Shown here: one piece after another, positions 60,710 through 64,000 of the stretch
How the letters are laid out: the number at the start of each line of letters is the position of its first letter
Position numbering within the stretch: position 1 is the stretch's first letter
Source of the DNA: Thermoanaerobaculia bacterium
GTDB lineage: Bacteria > Acidobacteriota > Thermoanaerobaculia > UBA5066
Direction of reading: 5' to 3'
NCBI GenBank assembly: GCA_038245905.1
Contig: JBBRRY010000001.1
Span: 64,001 to 128,000, forward strand
DNA length: 64,000 nucleotides
The notes under the pieces: model-generated
What the model was told of the DNA's origin: nothing
Seen by the model: only the letters and a program-made list of their open reading frames with translations
Databases searched by the model: none
Position numbers and translations under genes: made by a program

Positions 60710-62242
60710 ATGGCCACCTCCGTACCCGTTCATGGAAACTGGATCGCCGGAAAAGTCGTTCCCGCCCGCTCGGGCCGATCGTTCGAAAACCGCAACCCCG
60801 CGGACGTCACGGATCTCATCGGTCGCTTCGCCGACTCGGACGAGCGCGACGCGAAGGATGCCGTCGACGTCGCGGCCGAAGCGTTCAAGTCCTGGCGCCT
60901 GGTGCCGGGTCCGCAGCGGGGAGAAATTCTCTACCGCCTGGGCGAGATCCTGCGCGACCGTAAAGAGCAGTACGCCCGCGACATGACGCGGGAGATGGGG
61001 AAGGTGCTCAAGGAGGCCCGCGGAGACGTCCAGGAAGCCATCGACATGGCGTTCCTGATGGGTGGCGAGGGCCGGCGCCTGCACGGACAGACGACTCCGT
61101 CGGAGCTGCCGAACAAGTTCGCGATGTCGGTGCGGTCGCCCATCGGCGTGTGCGCGTTCATCACTCCCTGGAACTTCCCGATGGCCATTCCGGCCTGGAA
61201 GACGACGGCCGCCCTCGTGTGCGGGAACACCGTGGTCATCAAGCCCGCCACGGACACGCCGCTCTCGGTCGTGAATTTCGCGCGCGCTCTCGAGGACGCG
61301 GGCCTTCCCCACGGCGTCTTCAACATGGTCACCGGCAGCGGCTCGAAGGTGGGGATGCCGCTCCTCAAGGACCCGCGCGTGAAGGTCGTGTCTTTCACCG
61401 GCTCGACGTCGGTGGGGCAGACGATCAACGAGGCGTGCGCCCCCACTTTCAAGCACGTCCACCTCGAGATGGGCGGCAAGAACCCGATCATCGTGATGGA
61501 CGACGCGAACATCGAGCTCGCCGTCGACGGGTCGATCTGGGGCGCTTTCGGAACGAGCGGCCAGCGCTGCACGGCGTCCTCCCGGCTCCTCGTGCACAAG
61601 AAGGTCGTCCGGAAGTTCACGGCGATGCTCGCCGAACGTGCGAACGCCCTCCGGGTTGGCAGCGGGCTCGACGAAAAGAACGAAATGGGGCCCTCCATCA
61701 ACGAGAGCCAGCTCGACACGGTCCTGGACTACATCTCGATCGGCAAGGCCGAAGGTGCGAAGTGCGTCGCCGGCGGCCGGCGCCTCGCGGGCAAGCCCCA
61801 CGAGAGGGGGTGGTTCGTGGCGCCCACGGTCTTTGCCGACTGCCACCGCACGATGCGCGTGGCGCGCGAGGAGATCTTCGGTCCCGTCACGTCCATCGTT
61901 CCGATCTCGTCTCTGGAAGAAGCCGTCGACGTCGCGAACGACAGCGAGTACGGCCTTTCGTCGGCGATCTTCACGCAGGACGTGAACAAGGCTTTCGTTG
62001 CGATGCGGGATCTCGAAGCCGGCATCTTCTACGTCAATCTCCCCACGATCGGCGCCGAGACTCATCTGCCGTTCGGCGGCACCAAGAAGACGGGAAACGG
62101 GCATCGCGAGGCGGGGCTCGCCGCGCTGGACGTTTTCAGCGAGTGGAAGTCTATTTACGTCGACTACTCGGGCACGATCCAGAAGGCCCAGATCGACGTG
62201 CCAGCTGGCCAGGCCGCCCGACCTTCTAAAAAGAGGACGTGA
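60710..62242 (+). CDS. NAD(P)-dependent aldehyde dehydrogenase
   Basis: [29 protein letters not shown]. Confidence 0.93.
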   Translation: MATSVPVHGNWIAGKVVPARSGRSFENRNPADVTDLIGRFADSDERDAKDAVDVAAEAFKSWRLVPGPQRGEILYRLGEILRDRKEQYARDMTREMGKVLKEARGDVQEAIDMAFLMGGEGRRLHGQTTPSELPNKFAMSVRSPIGVCAFITPWNFPMAIPAWKTTAALVCGNTVVIKPATDTPLSVVNFARALEDAGLPHGVFNMVTGSGSKVGMPLLKDPRVKVVSFTGSTSVGQTINEACAPTFKHVHLEMGGKNPIIVMDDANIELAVDGSIWGAFGTSGQRCTASSRLLVHKKVVRKFTAMLAERANALRVGSGLDEKNEMGPSINESQLDTVLDYISIGKAEGAKCVAGGRRLAGKPHERGWFVAPTVFADCHRTMRVAREEIFGPVTSIVPISSLEEAVDVANDSEYGLSSAIFTQDVNKAFVAMRDLEAGIFYVNLPTIGAETHLPFGGTKKTGNGHREAGLAALDVFSEWKSIYVDYSGTIQKAQIDVPAGQAARPSKKRT

Positions 62243-63477
62243 CAGGGCTGGAGCGGATGGGCTCGTCCGTTCTCTGGCTCCTGCCTTTCGTCGGTCTCGT
62301 CCTCTCGATCGCGGTCCTGCCGCTCGTCGTCCCTGGGCGTTGGAGCCAGCCCGGCTTTCAGGCGATCGTGGTCTGTCTCGCGGCTTTGCCCGTCGTCGCG
62401 GTGCGGCCGCAAGTCCTCAGCCATGTCGCGCACGAGTACGTCGCGTTCGTCATGCTCCTCGGCTCGCTCTACGTCGTCGCCTCGGGCATCCGCGTCACGG
62501 GCGACGTCCCCGCGCAGCCCGCGACGAATACCTGGCTCCTCCTTCTTGGCGGAGTTCTGGCGTCGATCATCGGGACGACCGGAGCCTCGATCCTTCTCAT
62601 CGGATTCGTCCTCGAGGTCAATTCCGAGCGGAAGAACGTGTCGCACACGGTGCTCTTCTTCATCCTCGTGGTCTCCAACGTGGGCGGCTGTCTCACCCCG
62701 CTCGGCGATCCGCCGCTCTTCCTCGGATACCTCGCCGGCGTACCCTTCTTCTGGACGCTGCGCCTCGTCGAGGAGTGGGCCGTGGCGATGGGCCTCCTCC
62801 TCGGCGTCTACTACCTGGTCGAGCGGCGCGAGCACGCGCGAGAGTCTCCCACGGCGCTCCACGACGACGAGACGACGCTCCGCCCGATCCGCGTGACGGG
62901 CCGGTGGAACTTTCTGCTGCTCGCCGGCGTCGTCGGCGCCACGGCATTCCTCGGCTCGCCTTTCCGCGAGGCCGTCTACCTCGCGTGCGCGGCCGCCAGT
63001 TTTCCTCTGACGCCCCGGGGGCAGAGGAAGGAGGTCGGTTTCTCGTGGCACCCCATCGCCGAGGTGGCGATTCTCTTCGCGGGCATCTTCGTGGCGATGG
63101 AGCCGGCGCTCGTCGTGCTTCGCGAGAGGGCGCCGACGCTAGGCCTCACGCGTCCGTGGCATTTTTTCTGGGTGGCGGGGTCGCTCTCCGCGTGGCTCGA
63201 CAACGCACCCACGTACGCCGCGTTCTTGGCGGTCGCACGCGGCCTGGGCCGGCCGGAAGTGGCGGGCGTCCCGGCGAAGATCCTGGAGGCGATTTCTGTA
63301 GGGGCCGTCTTCTTCGGCGCGATGACGTACATCGGGAACGGCCCCAATTTCCTCGTCCGCTCCATCGCGGTCTCTCGCGGCGTGGCGATGCCATCGTTCT
63401 TCGGTTATGCAGCACGCGCCGCGGCCGTCCTTCTGCCGCTGTTCCTGCTTCTTACGCTAATTTTCTTTCGGGGCTGA
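62239..63477 (+). CDS. putative sodium:proton antiporter (IT superfamily)
   Basis: [42 protein letters not shown]. Confidence 0.8.
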   Translation: MTGLERMGSSVLWLLPFVGLVLSIAVLPLVVPGRWSQPGFQAIVVCLAALPVVAVRPQVLSHVAHEYVAFVMLLGSLYVVASGIRVTGDVPAQPATNTWLLLLGGVLASIIGTTGASILLIGFVLEVNSERKNVSHTVLFFILVVSNVGGCLTPLGDPPLFLGYLAGVPFFWTLRLVEEWAVAMGLLLGVYYLVERREHARESPTALHDDETTLRPIRVTGRWNFLLLAGVVGATAFLGSPFREAVYLACAAASFPLTPRGQRKEVGFSWHPIAEVAILFAGIFVAMEPALVVLRERAPTLGLTRPWHFFWVAGSLSAWLDNAPTYAAFLAVARGLGRPEVAGVPAKILEAISVGAVFFGAMTYIGNGPNFLVRSIAVSRGVAMPSFFGYAARAAAVLLPLFLLLTLIFFRG

Positions 63478-63504
63478 GAAGTCGCACGGCGGCGCACCGG
63501 GGTC

Positions 63505-64000
63505 CTACGCGGTGAGGCCCTTCACCTTTCGATAGGCGGGGAGCGCCGCCGCGAGAATCCGCACGGAATCCCGGAGGTCGTCCTCCTTCAGGACATATGC
63601 GATGCGGACCTCGTCGAGCCCGAGGCCCGGGGTGACGTAGAAGCCGCTGGCGGGGGCGACCAGGACGGTCTTGCTCTCGAAGGCGAAGTCCGAGAGGAGC
63701 CAGGCGGCGAAGTCGTCGCTGTCCTGAACGGGCAGCCGCGCCACGAAGTAGAACGCGCCCTCGGGCTTTCGGAGGAAAACGCCGGGGATCTTCGAGAGCC
63801 CCTCGTACAGCGTGTCGCGCCTCTTCTGGTACTCGTTGATGATGCCCTGGTAGTACTCCGGCCCCAGCTCCAGTGCCCCGGGCGCGATGTATTGGGCGAG
63901 CCCCGGCGGCGAGAGGCGGCCCTGGGCCATGCGATTGCAGGCCCCTGCCACTTCGACGTTTCGGGTTACGAGGGAGCCGAGCCGAATCCCACAGGCCGAG
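63505..64000 (-). CDS. PLP-dependent aminotransferase, C-terminal part (5' beyond window)
   Basis: RLG at window edge, PEGAFY, APASGFY..G...VRIAY. Confidence 0.85.
   Translation of the reverse strand, partial: SACGIRLGSLVTRNVEVAGACNRMAQGRLSPPGLAQYIAPGALELGPEYYQGIINEYQKRRDTLYEGLSKIPGVFLRKPEGAFYFVARLPVQDSDDFAAWLLSDFAFESKTVLVAPASGFYVTPGLGLDEVRIAYVLKEDDLRDSVRILAAALPAYRKVKGLTA

Overview
GC-rich bacterial chromosome segment, densely coding (about 58 CDS). The gene repertoire (IPTL-CTERM-like surface protein, DUF4388, DUF1579, M14 peptidase) is compatible with Acidobacteriota such as Thermoanaerobaculia, but that is inference. I found no rRNA, tRNA, CRISPR array, transposase or integrase. Contents: an atypical signalling cluster (1.2-7.8 kb), an archaeal-type GAPDH-like gene, three tandem Liv-type ABC operons, two paralogous porin-like genes tied to acyl-CoA synthetases, c-di-GMP enzymes, a ligase-less LigD, acs, nhaA and housekeeping hydrolases. 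The most striking unexplained signal is a dispersed AT-rich motif, consensus GAAGATT(T)CTTWGAA(A)GG with a TTC-N3-GAA core, set in polypurine tracts. It occurs about 10 times as a convergent pair: a forward copy, then a reverse-complement copy 75-290 bp later. Most copies lie inside unrelated genes on either strand, where they force low-complexity peptide insertions. Many genes also look leaderless, with TANNNT 5-7 nt before the start codon.
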